NCBI GenBank assembly: GCA_030867685.1
Contig: JAQOWU010000003.1
Span: forward strand, 620,001-684,000
Reading direction: 5' to 3'
Source: Wickerhamiella versatilis
Taxonomy: Eukaryota
DNA length: 64,000 bases
Shown: positions 50,824 to 62,217 of the stretch, piece by piece
Position numbering within the stretch: the first letter of the stretch is position 1
Layout of the letters: each line of letters opens with the position of its first letter
The notes under the pieces: generated by a model
Databases searched by the model: none
What the model saw: the letters and a program-made list of their open reading frames with translations, nothing else
What the model was told of the DNA's origin: nothing
Made by a program: the position numbers and the translations under genes

Positions 50824-51563
50824 TGTGCGCGCAAGAGAATAGAGGAATTGTGGGCCCTTACGTCAAAACCTTACCCATATGCTTCTTAAGGCATTCGAGT
50901 ATTAAGTGCCAGAAAAAGAACTCCTGCCGAATGACTGCAACATTATAGTTTTCGGGCTAAAAGCTCTCGTCATTCTGAGATGTTCGTTGTTATTTATCTG
51001 TAGATTTATAGTCTGTGGTGCCCTTTTTGTTATCCTTTGTGATTTAGAGTCTATAACACGCGTCGTACTAGAACTCTAATTGCATTGATTTAGCTACTTT
51101 TTCAAGCATGCTTAGGCTGATATTTAATATTTTGATCTTTTAGTCTTATATGATACAGAATTGAGTTCAGAGGTTTTTCCTTAGATGGCAAGCTGCGACA
51201 AATGACTGCGTCACAAAGAGAATCCTACTTATCGATAAAGATGAGCTATGCTTGCTCACATTAAAATGCTATAAGTTTTAGAATGCAACACTAAAAAAAG
51301 AATGTGCTCAATTATTTATATTCTTTGTGTTGATGCGTAAAGACACTACTGCTAGTGCGCTATCTTTCATTGTCCAACCAGTCTCAGGTAGGAAATCTCT
51401 AATTCAATCAATTGAAACAAAACAAATACCATCTGGAATTCGCATTTATTCCATTTGCAATATAATCATACTCAAATTCCTACAGAAGTCCCCTTCCGCG
51501 TCACTCGTTATTTCCCATCCCAGTAAATCGAATCAATTACCGTAGTCTGACGTAAGCGTGCCC

Positions 51564-54500
51564 ATGATGCACCTGAAGTCTCGCGACAAGGAATGGACGC
51601 TTCATGTACCTATTTGGGTACAGATGCTCCTTTTTTTCGTCGTGAGTGGGTTTTTATACCTTCTAATAATGGTGGCAGTGACTGCGGTGCGGACATACCA
51701 GTACTCTCAAGAAATAATGGGTCAGCGACTTGCAAATTATGCTGCTATGTCTGCTCTCGAGACAGAGGACATATCAAACTCATTTCTATCTAATGCCCGT
51801 AATTTGGCTTCATCTAGAGATGTTGTCATTTACCTTCGATCATTAATGTCGAATAACGCGACCCAGAGTTCTCAAGACCTAATGAAAAGTCAAATAAGCA
51901 CTTGGGCCGAATCTTTTAGCGATGTTGAAGCCATTCTTGTTTACTCGGCTAATAATGAAACGTCGACTGTATACGCTTTGGGTAAGTCCACAGAAGAGGT
52001 GACCGTCCAGCGTCTTTTAAGGTCAGTAGGCTCGTTATTGCCACTAAGCGATGGTGATTCCTCTGATCTCGAGAATTTCCTAGATGAGCTGACGAGGAAA
52101 GGGGTGCTTCTTAGTGGCCCACGTCCAGTAGTACCCGATAGCGTTGTCTCGCCTTACTCACTAAGTATAACGGTTCCTGTCACTACCTACAATGAGAATG
52201 GAACACTTTCTAATACGACAAGTATTTCTGGTGGAGATAATAGTATACTGAGCGTTGGATATATAACGGTCGTGTTATCGGCAGCGAGACTTTATCCTAG
52301 CACTGATGCTGCTATGTACAGTCCAGACAAAGCTAATGTGTATCTCATAAGATCATTGGATGATGGTTGGACTTTTTTCATACCACCTGGAAACAACACA
52401 CAACTCAGTGATGTGTATGACGACTCGGTTTTCCCGGCAATCAAGGTCGCGGAGCGTCTGAAGCAAAGCGAGAACAAGAGTACCTCAAGCTCGCAATCCT
52501 CTACATCTACTATATCGCTTGCTACTGCGACTTCTTCTGCAGGTGCTGCAAATGCTATATATCAAAATATAAGCACTGGAAAACCACGAAACAGAAATTC
52601 TATTATGAGTACAGTCGCTCCTGGTTGTAAACAAGCAAGTATAGGCTTTTCGTACGCTTCTGTCGTTGGAGATGTTGTATATACTTTTGTGGTAATGCGT
52701 CATAGTGATGCTAACCATGAAGCGTCTCATTTACGGAAGATAGTGATTGGTGTGGCGGCTGGAATATTTGGTGGGCTTCTCCTTATTGTAATACCATTGA
52801 CACGCTGGCATACGCGTACCCTATACCTTATCTATGATGGCATGCAATTGAGACCGTCAGGTTCTAGCAGTACCGAATCATCTGATAGCGATGGCGGTAA
52901 ATCATTGATGCTTGATACTTCAGAAGGCTCTATTCCTGCGCGTCTGAAAGAGCTCAAGCGCCCATGGCGAGATGAACTCGATGAGCTCGTAGATGGTTAC
53001 AATAATATGGTTGATAGACTCAATCAGTACTACTATTCTCTTGAGGATGAAGTCAGGAAGCGAACTGCAGAGGCTCAGGAAGCTATGCTTGTGGCAGAAG
53101 CGGCCAACTTGGCAAAATCTAAATTTATTGCGAATATCACGCATGAATTGCGTACACCATTGAATGGAATAATGGGAATGACCTCTGTATCCGTTGAAGA
53201 GAAGGATCTAAGCCGTATTAAGGCATCACTGCATACGATTATCGAATCAGGAAAGGTGCTGATGGAATTGCTTAACGAATTGTTAGCATTTTCAAAGACG
53301 CAGATTGACTTTGATCCTGTGTTGAAGGAATTTACGGCAGAAGAACTTTTGGATTCGCTTGGTAACATGTTTGAGACACGAGCTGGTGCGAAGGCTATTA
53401 GCTTCACAATGGGCTGTATACCACCCTCAGTAGCTGATATCAAGCTGAAAGGCGATATTCAGAGAGCAACTCAGGCATCACTGAAATTTCTATCGAACGC
53501 TATGAAGTTCAGCGACCATGGCAGTGTATCTGTTCTAGTTTATTTACGACCTCGTATCGACCCCTATGTTTCACTTGAGCCATACAAACGCTCCGGTCAG
53601 ATGTTAGAAAACCCCATTGCCATGCTGGAAGTTGCCGTGACCGACACTGGTTCAGGAATATCGCGCGCTCAGCTCAGTAGAATTTTTGACGTTTTTGTTC
53701 AGGGTGATGATTCTTTATCCAAACGCTATCGAGGAACAGGCTTAGGTATGTCTATGTCGAAACAGTTGGCAGAGGCAATCGGTGGCTACGTTGGTGTGTA
53801 TTCAGCTGAAGGCGTTGGCACTACAGTAATATTACGATTCCCTGTCCAATGCATAGGTCAGTCTGCATTCAACTTGGCTGCACTCGATGGTCCACCCATA
53901 AGTTTTGCCGCTCGAGAGGTTTGGTCTACAATAAGCCCGAAAGCTGGACGCGTGTTTCGTATTGAAAGGTCAAAAGCTCGCTCCAAGCCACCCGTGCTTG
54001 GAAATGTCAACGGTACACAAGCTAGGTGCTTGCAAGTAGCACACAGTAATGCACCAACTTCATATACCCCACCTCCATTTAGTACCTCGAACTCGAAAAA
54101 CAGCAGTCGTACCAGCCTGACTGTGGAAAAAGAGAAAGACACTGCAAGTCTAAATGCTGCACATGGAAGGTCGCAGTCTGATATAAGTGGCACGAATAAT
54201 AGTCTACGCGTTCATGAAGCAACGCGTGTTCTTGTTGCCGACGATAATGCGCTGAACCGGCAAATTCTTATACGTATGTTACGTCAAGTGAATGTGAAAC
54301 ATATTGATACGGCAGCTACTGGTGCGCAAGTTATCAAACTTGTTGAGAAATCAATCATAGATGGGCGATATTATGCCGTTATATTTATGGACCTCCAAAT
54401 GCCGGATACTAATGGCATTGAGGCCACGCAGGTTATTCGAGGTACTCTTGGATATCCTTATCCTATTGTGGCATTGACAGGATTTTCCGATGCAGAGACC

Positions 54501-54599
54501 CTAGAGCTATGTCACAAAGTCTCGATTCAAGAGGTTCTCAGTAAGCCTGTAATGAAGGAACATGTTATGAGAATTGTTGCTCGATATGTTTACGTTTGA
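51564..54599 (+). CDS. SLN1: Osmosensing hybrid histidine kinase
   Basis: Two TM segments flanking an extracellular region, HisKA FIANITHELRTPLNG, N/G boxes (SNAMKF, DTGSGI, GTGLG), and receiver IFMDLQMP. Confidence 0.93.
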   Translation: MMHLKSRDKEWTLHVPIWVQMLLFFVVSGFLYLLIMVAVTAVRTYQYSQEIMGQRLANYAAMSALETEDISNSFLSNARNLASSRDVVIYLRSLMSNNATQSSQDLMKSQISTWAESFSDVEAILVYSANNETSTVYALGKSTEEVTVQRLLRSVGSLLPLSDGDSSDLENFLDELTRKGVLLSGPRPVVPDSVVSPYSLSITVPVTTYNENGTLSNTTSISGGDNSILSVGYITVVLSAARLYPSTDAAMYSPDKANVYLIRSLDDGWTFFIPPGNNTQLSDVYDDSVFPAIKVAERLKQSENKSTSSSQSSTSTISLATATSSAGAANAIYQNISTGKPRNRNSIMSTVAPGCKQASIGFSYASVVGDVVYTFVVMRHSDANHEASHLRKIVIGVAAGIFGGLLLIVIPLTRWHTRTLYLIYDGMQLRPSGSSSTESSDSDGGKSLMLDTSEGSIPARLKELKRPWRDELDELVDGYNNMVDRLNQYYYSLEDEVRKRTAEAQEAMLVAEAANLAKSKFIANITHELRTPLNGIMGMTSVSVEEKDLSRIKASLHTIIESGKVLMELLNELLAFSKTQIDFDPVLKEFTAEELLDSLGNMFETRAGAKAISFTMGCIPPSVADIKLKGDIQRATQASLKFLSNAMKFSDHGSVSVLVYLRPRIDPYVSLEPYKRSGQMLENPIAMLEVAVTDTGSGISRAQLSRIFDVFVQGDDSLSKRYRGTGLGMSMSKQLAEAIGGYVGVYSAEGVGTTVILRFPVQCIGQSAFNLAALDGPPISFAAREVWSTISPKAGRVFRIERSKARSKPPVLGNVNGTQARCLQVAHSNAPTSYTPPPFSTSNSKNSSRTSLTVEKEKDTASLNAAHGRSQSDISGTNNSLRVHEATRVLVADDNALNRQILIRMLRQVNVKHIDTAATGAQVIKLVEKSIIDGRYYAVIFMDLQMPDTNGIEATQVIRGTLGYPYPIVALTGFSDAETLELCHKVSIQEVLSKPVMKEHVMRIVARYVYV

Positions 54600-54724
54600 A
54601 CATATATATTTGTACAAAACAAAAAATATTAGTTTTATCTTATTCTAGTCTATAATATGCATACATTTAAACCACCCAAGTACTAGACATATTTGCCCAC
54701 TGCCGTTCTGTTGCTGATAAATCA

Positions 54725-55678
54725 ATGACAATTCGCGTTGCGTTAAAGCCTAAGGGGAAGGTTTCCAAGCTTCAGCCCTATGTTGAACTGGACAAAAATG
54801 ATGACGCTGCTGCTTTGCTAGAGACAATAGCGCGTCATACAGGCTTGAGTAAAACTCGGATCCGTATATCCACGAAAACCCCAGATGCGGCAGAATCTAC
54901 AGGTGTAAAAAAGGACTATGTCCTTCATCCTTCAGATTCACTCCATAAATTCGCAAATAATGATTATCTGCTATGTTATGTGCGCGACTTGGGCCCACAG
55001 ATCTCCTGGCGTACAGTGTTTCTGCTAGAGTATTTGGGACCGTTGTTGATACATCCGGCTTTTTATTTCGGATACTACGGGCAGACTGAGAAGACTCTTG
55101 TGCAGAAGATTGTATTCGTCTGCATCATGCTCCATTTCATTAAGCGCGAGTTGGAAACTGCATATGTTCATAAATTCTCCTTGGCCACTATGCCGTTACG
55201 CAACTTGTTTAAGAACTGTGCTCACTACTGGCTTCTTTCAGGCTTCTTGGTTGCTTTTTTCATACATGCACCCTCCGAATGGACTAATACAAGCGATCTT
55301 GACGCGTTTCTATATTCATCAAACGTTTTTCAATGGGATAACATAACTGCATTCGCTCTTGCGGGTGTCTGGGCTTTTGCTGAAATTTCAAACGGTATCG
55401 TTCATTTGAACCTAGCTAGTCTGCGTCCTGCAGGCTCTACTGAGCGTAGGATACCATATGGCTACGGATTTGACAAGCTTTCCTGTCCCAATTATTTCTT
55501 TGAAGCCTGGGGGTGGTCTATCTTGTGTGTACTCTCTATGAATTGGTCTCTCTGGGTATTTAATGCCGTCGGATCGCTTCAGATGTACTTCTGGGCAGCT
55601 AAAAAGCACAAGCGGTACCTTAAGGAGTTCCCAGACTACCCGAAAGATCGTAAAGCATTCCTTCCTTATCTTGCTTGA
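54725..55678 (+). CDS. TSC13: Very-long-chain enoyl-CoA reductase
   Basis: DLGPQISWRTVFLLEYLGPL, ETAYVHKFSLATMP..NLFKNCAHYW, CPNYFFE. Confidence 0.96.
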   Translation: MTIRVALKPKGKVSKLQPYVELDKNDDAAALLETIARHTGLSKTRIRISTKTPDAAESTGVKKDYVLHPSDSLHKFANNDYLLCYVRDLGPQISWRTVFLLEYLGPLLIHPAFYFGYYGQTEKTLVQKIVFVCIMLHFIKRELETAYVHKFSLATMPLRNLFKNCAHYWLLSGFLVAFFIHAPSEWTNTSDLDAFLYSSNVFQWDNITAFALAGVWAFAEISNGIVHLNLASLRPAGSTERRIPYGYGFDKLSCPNYFFEAWGWSILCVLSMNWSLWVFNAVGSLQMYFWAAKKHKRYLKEFPDYPKDRKAFLPYLA

Positions 55679-55828
55679 AGCCGCTGCCTATATGTGATAA
55701 GCACCCATATCATGGTATATTTAGATGCACCATAGTATTACATTTGCTAAATTGTCGTAGCACAAAATTCCAAAGATTGAAAGTACATAAATGAATGTTT
55801 TGTAGTAATACGTTGTTGACTAAACGCC

Positions 55829-56221
55829 ATGTCCTCGGTATGGGGTAAGTTGCGTGGTGCTTCTGAACATTTGCGTGCTAGAGGAGATCATGATGCTTCA
55901 GAGAACGATACTGCAATTTTGAGAGCGTTAGAAAGGTTTTATGAGGGTGCGGGACCAACATGGTTAGGTACTTCTCAAAATGAACCACAGACAGCACAGG
56001 ACGCACGAATTCCTACTACAGCAGCACATCGTCCAGCACGTAATGATATAAATACAAAATATGAAGCACCAGAGTCAGGCATTTCAAATTCCACTTCATT
56101 GCAAGACATTCTCCAACGCTCAAGTGCCTCATCACCAACTCCTCAACCGGAGTCACCACTCCACAGACCAGAGCGTACTAGATCGGGATTAGCGAGCAAA
56201 CTAAAAAGAGCGAACTGGTAA
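55829..56221 (+). CDS. MSO1: Sec1-binding exocytosis protein
   Basis: SENDTAILRALERFY..PTWL resembles the Mso1 Sec1-binding region; also SLQDI. Confidence 0.7.
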   Translation: MSSVWGKLRGASEHLRARGDHDASENDTAILRALERFYEGAGPTWLGTSQNEPQTAQDARIPTTAAHRPARNDINTKYEAPESGISNSTSLQDILQRSSASSPTPQPESPLHRPERTRSGLASKLKRANW

Positions 56222-56309
56222 TAGTTGCGACAATTAGTATAATTTATGGGTTGGAAAATACTAAATAGATAAAATCTAGATTGCATTGATAACCTCATTA
56301 CTATCTATT

Positions 56310-57521
56310 TTATTCCACGGATTTGAGAGCCAGTTCTAGAATGTCAAGACCTTTTTCAACTTCTGCCTCAGATACTGTCAACGCAGGTACCAGCCTCAAG
56401 GTGTTTGTGCCACAAGTGATTAGGAGGAGACCATTCTTACGGGCTTCTTCGAGTATAGGAGCAGGATTTTGGTTTAACTGAATACCTAAGAGAAGTCCAC
56501 GGCCCCGGAAATCGGTGACAGCTTCAATATTGTTTTTCCAGGATTCAGCTCTTTGCAGGATTTGGTTAGATCTTTCACGAACATTTTTCAATAGAGCAGG
56601 CGACGAAATCTGGTCAAGTACATAGCACGCGACACGAGAAGCCAGTGGATTTCCACCGTATGTAGTACCGTGATCGCCTACTTGAAGAGCGTCATTTACC
56701 TTTTCAGAAATCAAAGTTGCACCAATGGGAAACCCATTGCCTAAAGCTTTTGCCATCGAAAGGATATCAGGAGAAACACCACTAGCTTTGTGTGCCCATA
56801 GGTCACCAGACCTTCCCAGACCACACTGAATTTCATCAAATATCAAACAAGCGCCTACCTCATCGCACCTCTGGCGAACATCATGGAGCCATTGAGAGCT
56901 TGCTGGATTCACACCACCTTCGCCTTGAATCGGCTCTACAATAACGCCGCAAGTGTCTGCGGTTATGAGATCTAATGCTGAAGGATCATTAAGCGTTCCA
57001 TAGCTAAACCCTGGCACCATAGGTCCAAACGGGGCCTGATATTTTGGATTGCAGGTCGCTGTCAAAGCACCATAGGTGCGGCCATGAAACCCACCCTTGA
57101 AAGCGACGAAGTGATTCTTCGACTCAGATTGTAAAAGCCCCATTTTGCGTGCAAATTTTATTGCCGCTTCATTAGATTCAGAGCCAGAATTGCAAACAAA
57201 TACACGATGAGCCTCGGGCATTGTTCCACTCTCCTTGGTTTTTCGCACTAACTCCTCAGACAGCCGAGGAGTCCATTCGTTTAGAAACAAGTTAGAGCAA
57301 TGCACCAGAGTAGAGCTCTGTTCTGAAAGGATTTTTGATACTTCCGGATTGCTATGGCCTAAGGCTGTCACCGCAATGCCACTCGTGAAATCAAGGTACT
57401 CCTTGCCCGACGAATCCCACAGCTTTGATCCCTGACCACGTGCAATTACAATCGGCGGACGTGCATACGTGGTCGCCATGAAATTCTCAGCATATTTGAA
57501 GATCTTAGCTGATGTTGACAT
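56310..57521 (-). CDS. ARG8: Acetylornithine aminotransferase
   Basis: TTYARP, DFTSGIAVTALGH, FHGRTYG, EPIQGEGG, DEIQCG, AKALGNGFPIGA, HGTTYGGNPL. Confidence 0.96.
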   Translation of the reverse strand: MSTSAKIFKYAENFMATTYARPPIVIARGQGSKLWDSSGKEYLDFTSGIAVTALGHSNPEVSKILSEQSSTLVHCSNLFLNEWTPRLSEELVRKTKESGTMPEAHRVFVCNSGSESNEAAIKFARKMGLLQSESKNHFVAFKGGFHGRTYGALTATCNPKYQAPFGPMVPGFSYGTLNDPSALDLITADTCGVIVEPIQGEGGVNPASSQWLHDVRQRCDEVGACLIFDEIQCGLGRSGDLWAHKASGVSPDILSMAKALGNGFPIGATLISEKVNDALQVGDHGTTYGGNPLASRVACYVLDQISSPALLKNVRERSNQILQRAESWKNNIEAVTDFRGRGLLLGIQLNQNPAPILEEARKNGLLLITCGTNTLRLVPALTVSEAEVEKGLDILELALKSVE

Positions 57522-57614
57522 TCTAAGTAGATCTTACAAAAACAAGAATCACTTATCTGACTCTTTTCTCGATAACCAATTTTTTCGGCATTATTAGGTA
57601 ATCATCGTTGAACA

Positions 57615-58160
57615 ATGAGACCGACGAGTGCTGCGTTGCGGATCCCCCGCAGGCTGGCCTCAGAGGTATTGCGCAGTGCAGAGAGTTCCGATACAAATCG
57701 TAATAAGTTCTTTGCCCAGCTACCCGCTGTTCTCCAGGGTTTTTTTGAGAAATACCCGCCTCCTCCATTTGGTCAGTACACCGACAAGCCAACTTGGACT
57801 AATGCAGAAGACGCAAACCCCTTTTTAGCGAATAGGCACCCTGTGACGCTAAACTGGCATAAGCCAAAATATTCTATGCGACGCCAAGCTGACCTTTGGA
57901 AAGCAGCATATCGCTTCGGCATTGATCATCTTATGCCTCGACTTATGCATGGCAAAACGTTCTATGAACATCGATACGAAACACGTCCTCCAGTAAGGGG
58001 TGCTCAGTTTTTCAAGCTCAAGAAGGGTGAGCGTCTTGCCCCGCAAAGAGAGAAGGAGGTTATGCAGGCACTGGGCCAGGTGGACGAGAGACTTGCCGAG
58101 CGCAAAGGTAAGAGATTCCGACAATTTATGGAAAATAAGGACAAAACTAGCTATGTGTAG
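57615..58160 (+). CDS. MRPL25: Mitoribosomal large-subunit protein mL59
   Basis: LP..L..FFEKYPP, NPFL..HPVT..WH.PKYSMRRQADL. Confidence 0.92.
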   Translation: MRPTSAALRIPRRLASEVLRSAESSDTNRNKFFAQLPAVLQGFFEKYPPPPFGQYTDKPTWTNAEDANPFLANRHPVTLNWHKPKYSMRRQADLWKAAYRFGIDHLMPRLMHGKTFYEHRYETRPPVRGAQFFKLKKGERLAPQREKEVMQALGQVDERLAERKGKRFRQFMENKDKTSYV

Positions 58161-58306
58161 TGAAAGGCTTTGCATATACTTACTTGCTATCATGCGTTTT
58201 TCCTATTGGGTTGGTTTGGGTGGGATTAGAAGCAAAAGTACATAAGGGTTTTAAAAGTGAAAAATGATACATTAAAACAATTTTTTTGGTCATAGAATTA
58301 TTATAG

Positions 58307-58951
58307 CTATTCCTTCCATACAAACCGATCTTGGGCCTCTTCTCCCACGCTCTCGCGCATACTCCTGTAAATGGAATTCGTTAAGGACTCAGCAAGTTCT
58401 ATAGCCTTTCGAAGGATTTGCCAGCTAAAGCTTCCATTGCTTTCACAAAATGTAAGTTCCTGTACTAATTCGTCCGGTCCATTAGAAAATTTGAACGCTA
58501 TCGTATGCTGCGCTTGTGCATCCTGAAAGGGTCGTTCAGACGCATGAACATCATCTGTCCACACAGTGACCGCAGCAACTAGAGCTTTTAAAGGTATACC
58601 AGCACTAACTAGTGCCAGGGAAAGAACATTTATGCAACCAGAAAGTTCTCGCCAAAGATCTCTTCCTTCCAGTACTTGTATAACCACTTGAACCAGGCTA
58701 CGTGGTATGGCATCCCGAAGCATAATGGCATCAATGCATTTGAAAACGCGATCTTGAAGCCAAACTTCTCGAAAGGTAGGCAAGCCTGTGGCTGGTCGGA
58801 TGATGAGCTCCACAGACGCCTGCGTCGGTAGCTCATCACGGTACTTTACCTCTAAGGGACCATTTACGCTCGATATAAGCCTTATGTCTGGTAAAGTCTC
58901 TGTTTCAACCCTCCATTCGCTACTGCCATCGCTATTCCTTAGAACAGCCAT
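58307..58951 (-). CDS. RRP46: Exosome RNase PH-like subunit
   Basis: LRNSDGSSEW, SVNGPLEV..DELP..ELIIRP..G, PRSLVQVVIQVL. Confidence 0.9.
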   Translation of the reverse strand: MAVLRNSDGSSEWRVETETLPDIRLISSVNGPLEVKYRDELPTQASVELIIRPATGLPTFREVWLQDRVFKCIDAIMLRDAIPRSLVQVVIQVLEGRDLWRELSGCINVLSLALVSAGIPLKALVAAVTVWTDDVHASERPFQDAQAQHTIAFKFSNGPDELVQELTFCESNGSFSWQILRKAIELAESLTNSIYRSMRESVGEEAQDRFVWKE

Positions 58952-59016
58952 GACTAAGGGGTAGTGTGAGCCGCGAAAATTAAATTCATTTAATCTATAG
59001 ATAATCCTTGATATCT

Positions 59017-61440
59017 TTACATTAAATCATAAGACCTTGCAATGAGCTCCTTTAAACGTGCTAGTGGGCCACTATGCTTTCTTCTCTTAGGCCGCTGCTG
59101 CTGTACCGACTCTGAAGATGAATCTCTAATCGACTGAGACGCTGGAACATGCACAGCATCAGCATGAATAACTGTATCTGGGCTTGCATTGGATACGGAA
59201 TGCGGTTCGTCACCTGAGCTTAGGAAGATGGATGGATTGATAGAACGTAACCGCTGTCTTCGCAAAGAGGAATAGTATTTCGTACTATCATTTTCGGACA
59301 GCCTTTGTCTCTTCTTGCCTGTTTCTTGGTTTTCCGAAGAGGAAGGGGTTTTATCAGCAATAGATTTTAATCTTTCACAAAGTATTGCCACAGCCTCCTC
59401 CTCACTTTCAGCTTGCGTGGCATCAACCACAAAAGGTGCTTTAGGAGTGATATTAAACCCAGCCAACTTACGATGAAACTTAGCATTTGAAGGTAATCTT
59501 AAAGAGGCTTCAAAGACTCCTAAAGACCTTGCATGTTTTATAGCTTGCTCCAACTCAGTGCCGCTCCAAGGGTCACTGGTTTCAGACACCTCCGTCTGTG
59601 AAGGTGTCGACAAGGACTGGCTTCGCCTCTTTGTCCACAGGTCTGATACTTTTGGCTGGCTGGAAATCCTACTGGATAATCCCTGAATAAATGAATGCTC
59701 TTCTGTAACCCTTCCACGATGCCGTCTGACTCGCTCCAAGATTTCTTTTACACACCATTTCACAATATTGCGGGTTCTTTTCTTATTCAGGCGCTCCGAT
59801 AGTATTATTTGGCGCGTGTCATGTAAAATTACGTCGCGAAAAAGCTGATTATATGTTTTGTTCACAGTAGCAGTGATGAATTCATGCCGCTTAGCTCTTC
59901 TTGCACTATTTTGTCGCAAGATTTCTTGTTTACGCTCGTTCTGTTTACGCTGTTCCTTTTGTTGCTCCAATCTTAACCGCTCCTCGAGCAACCTTTTCTT
60001 CTCTGTCTCAATACGCTCTTTCTCCTGTTCTCTCAATAATTTTTGGCGTTCTAATTCCGAGTTTTTAAGCTCTTGTTCTTTTGCTTGCTTATTTTCAGGC
60101 AATGCTACTCCTTTAAACGAATTTTCCGCTACATTAGACCGGAATGCGCCCCCATCAGGCAGGTCTACTTTAACATTCATTTGTTTCGGCCAAACAATAT
60201 CCTGGAGACCTGGGCCCGCATTAATTCGAATCCATGATGAACATGGTTGAGCAAGCGGTGATCTGTCACGGTAAGCAGATTCATTCCAGGTTCGAATATC
60301 TACGTCACCTTCAGATATAATTAGCTTGTGGTGTTCACAAAACGCGCGGGTTTCTTCAATGTTATCAAAACTCAGATATTCCCTGAATCGGTCTTCTGGA
60401 TATTTGCCATTACGGGTGTGAAGGGACCGCCAAAGCTGACGTACTGCCACAACACGCAATTGATTGAAGTGGATCTCCATAACGCATTGAATTAGCGGTG
60501 GGATATTTTGTTCACAGATCACTCGAAATAGTTTGTTTATTAAAGCGGTTATGTGAAATGATCTTACCATGGACCTCAACTGACGCGCTAGCATAACAAT
60601 AGGATGCCTTGCTACATAGCTGGGAACAGACAAGTAGTCAAGTGAAGGGTCAGAAAGCCTCGAAAGCAGCTGGTAAGCCCTCATCTCCGGTTCAAACGGA
60701 AAATCATCAAGCTTACGGTTTGGATATAATGCGTAGAGATCATTCAAAGTTTGCAATGTTTTGTTGAATTGCTCCAATTCTTGCTGTCGTGAATACTCAC
60801 CAGGATAGCCAGCCATTATATGCAGTGAGACTATATGAATGCGTGCTATCACTTCACAGCACTGAATAGCCTCAATACCACCATAATTTTGATAGGTAAA
60901 ATCCTGACGGATAGATCGAGTACGATCCCACAAGAAATTGTGTAATGATGGCAATTGAGGAAGTGCAGTATCCACCAAATACTTGAGAGTCTGCAATAGA
61001 ACCCTCGGTGGCCTGACATCACTAGGAAGGGGCGGTGGCTGACCAGCTGCAGGCCTGGAGAACGCCTTAACTGCACGCTCACCTGAGATTTTTCCAGTTT
61101 CATCCTTTTCGATGGAGGATACATTCCGCTCAATGCTACGACGCACTCTTTCAACAGCTGGACACATGGTATGGCAGCTTCCTTGAAAGGCAAGAGCCTC
61201 GCTCAAATTTTTGCGAACATTTTGACGATCTACAAGGCCACGAGACTCCATTTCCTTACGTTCCTTCTCACGCATAACACGAAACTCGTCATATATTTCT
61301 TGGAACGGACGACCGCTGGATGCCAACCTTTCCATCTTGGCCTGATTCTTTGCATCCCAAGCATCGACTTTTTCCTCTATCGCTGTTATAGGAAGAACCT
61401 TATGCTGTAGCTCATTGCATATTAAGGGGTACGAGCTCAT
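59017..61440 (-). CDS. SAC3: TREX-2 scaffold (SAC3/GANP domain)
   Basis: GSCHTMCP, AVKAFSRPAAGQPPPLPSDVRPP, FLWDRTRSIRQDFTYQN. First ATG at 61440. Confidence 0.94.
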   Translation of the reverse strand: MSSYPLICNELQHKVLPITAIEEKVDAWDAKNQAKMERLASSGRPFQEIYDEFRVMREKERKEMESRGLVDRQNVRKNLSEALAFQGSCHTMCPAVERVRRSIERNVSSIEKDETGKISGERAVKAFSRPAAGQPPPLPSDVRPPRVLLQTLKYLVDTALPQLPSLHNFLWDRTRSIRQDFTYQNYGGIEAIQCCEVIARIHIVSLHIMAGYPGEYSRQQELEQFNKTLQTLNDLYALYPNRKLDDFPFEPEMRAYQLLSRLSDPSLDYLSVPSYVARHPIVMLARQLRSMVRSFHITALINKLFRVICEQNIPPLIQCVMEIHFNQLRVVAVRQLWRSLHTRNGKYPEDRFREYLSFDNIEETRAFCEHHKLIISEGDVDIRTWNESAYRDRSPLAQPCSSWIRINAGPGLQDIVWPKQMNVKVDLPDGGAFRSNVAENSFKGVALPENKQAKEQELKNSELERQKLLREQEKERIETEKKRLLEERLRLEQQKEQRKQNERKQEILRQNSARRAKRHEFITATVNKTYNQLFRDVILHDTRQIILSERLNKKRTRNIVKWCVKEILERVRRHRGRVTEEHSFIQGLSSRISSQPKVSDLWTKRRSQSLSTPSQTEVSETSDPWSGTELEQAIKHARSLGVFEASLRLPSNAKFHRKLAGFNITPKAPFVVDATQAESEEEAVAILCERLKSIADKTPSSSENQETGKKRQRLSENDSTKYYSSLRRQRLRSINPSIFLSSGDEPHSVSNASPDTVIHADAVHVPASQSIRDSSSESVQQQRPKRRKHSGPLARLKELIARSYDLM

Positions 61441-61498
61441 TGCATTTTGACACCGGGAAAGATTCTCTGAATAATCAACATACACACGTCACGCTAAC

Positions 61499-61699
61499 AT
61501 GGCCCAATCTTCCATCACTGACGCGCCACTTGAGTTCATACGTGAAAGCCACAAATTCATCTCTCGTTGTTCGAAGCCAGATAGGACCGAGTATTTTAAC
61601 ATTGTTCGCGCCGTGGGAACTGGGTTTTTGGCTATGGGTGCTCTTGGCTACGTTGTCAAGCTTGTTCACATTCCTATTCGTCACCTCATTACCGTATAA
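61499..61699 (+). CDS. SSS1: Sec61 gamma subunit
   Basis: PLEFIRE..CSKPDRTEY..AVGTGFLAMG..GYVVKLVHIPI. Confidence 0.95.
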   Translation: MAQSSITDAPLEFIRESHKFISRCSKPDRTEYFNIVRAVGTGFLAMGALGYVVKLVHIPIRHLITV

Positions 61700-61965
61700 T
61701 CCGTGTTCATGGTATTTGTTGAAGTTTGGGTATGACTTTATTTTTTACGCTCCCCTCTCCTCCCTCATTTGAGGTAAGTTTTAAGCCAGAGGTGGATAGT
61801 GGGACCACTCAAGTTATCTCTGAACTTAGAGCTCTAAATCGTATATAAGTCAAGCTAAGCTTTTTATATGTGTTTTTATCGCGGGGTTTGCTACAAAGAT
61901 TTAGAGATAGCTGCCGTATACTTTGAACCAGCTTGAGCTGAACATTAGATGAGGTAAGCATTATA

Positions 61966-62217
61966 ATGAGTACTGCTCCGTCTTCACAGATCTCTGGCAA
62001 CAATGCCGCGTCTGATTTCCTCAAGGAGATAAAAGGTCAGCCTGTTGTGATTAAGCTCGTATCCGGGACTGAGTACCATGGTAACTTGCAGGCTGTTGAT
62101 GGCTTTATGAATATCAATCTTAATGAAACCAAAGAAGTCTATAAAGGGACAACAGTTGCTGATTATGGCAATGTATTTCTCAGGGGTACCCTTGTCACTT
62201 ATATTTCGTCAGCTTAA
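61966..62217 (+). CDS. LSM6: Sm-like protein Lsm6
   Basis: SDFLKEIKGQPVVIKL.SG.EY.G.L..VDGFMNI.L..YGNVFLRG. Confidence 0.9.
   Translation: MSTAPSSQISGNNAASDFLKEIKGQPVVIKLVSGTEYHGNLQAVDGFMNINLNETKEVYKGTTVADYGNVFLRGTLVTYISSA

Noticed and set aside
56310-57521. Bacterial origin of ARG8 (and of PPT2)
   Set aside because: Both show fungal-type features: the LVRKTKESG insert in Arg8 and SHDGEY in Ppt2.
61771-61782. ACTTACCTC on the minus strand, resembling the U1 snRNA 5' end
   Set aside because: No U1 stem-loop I or Sm site follows.
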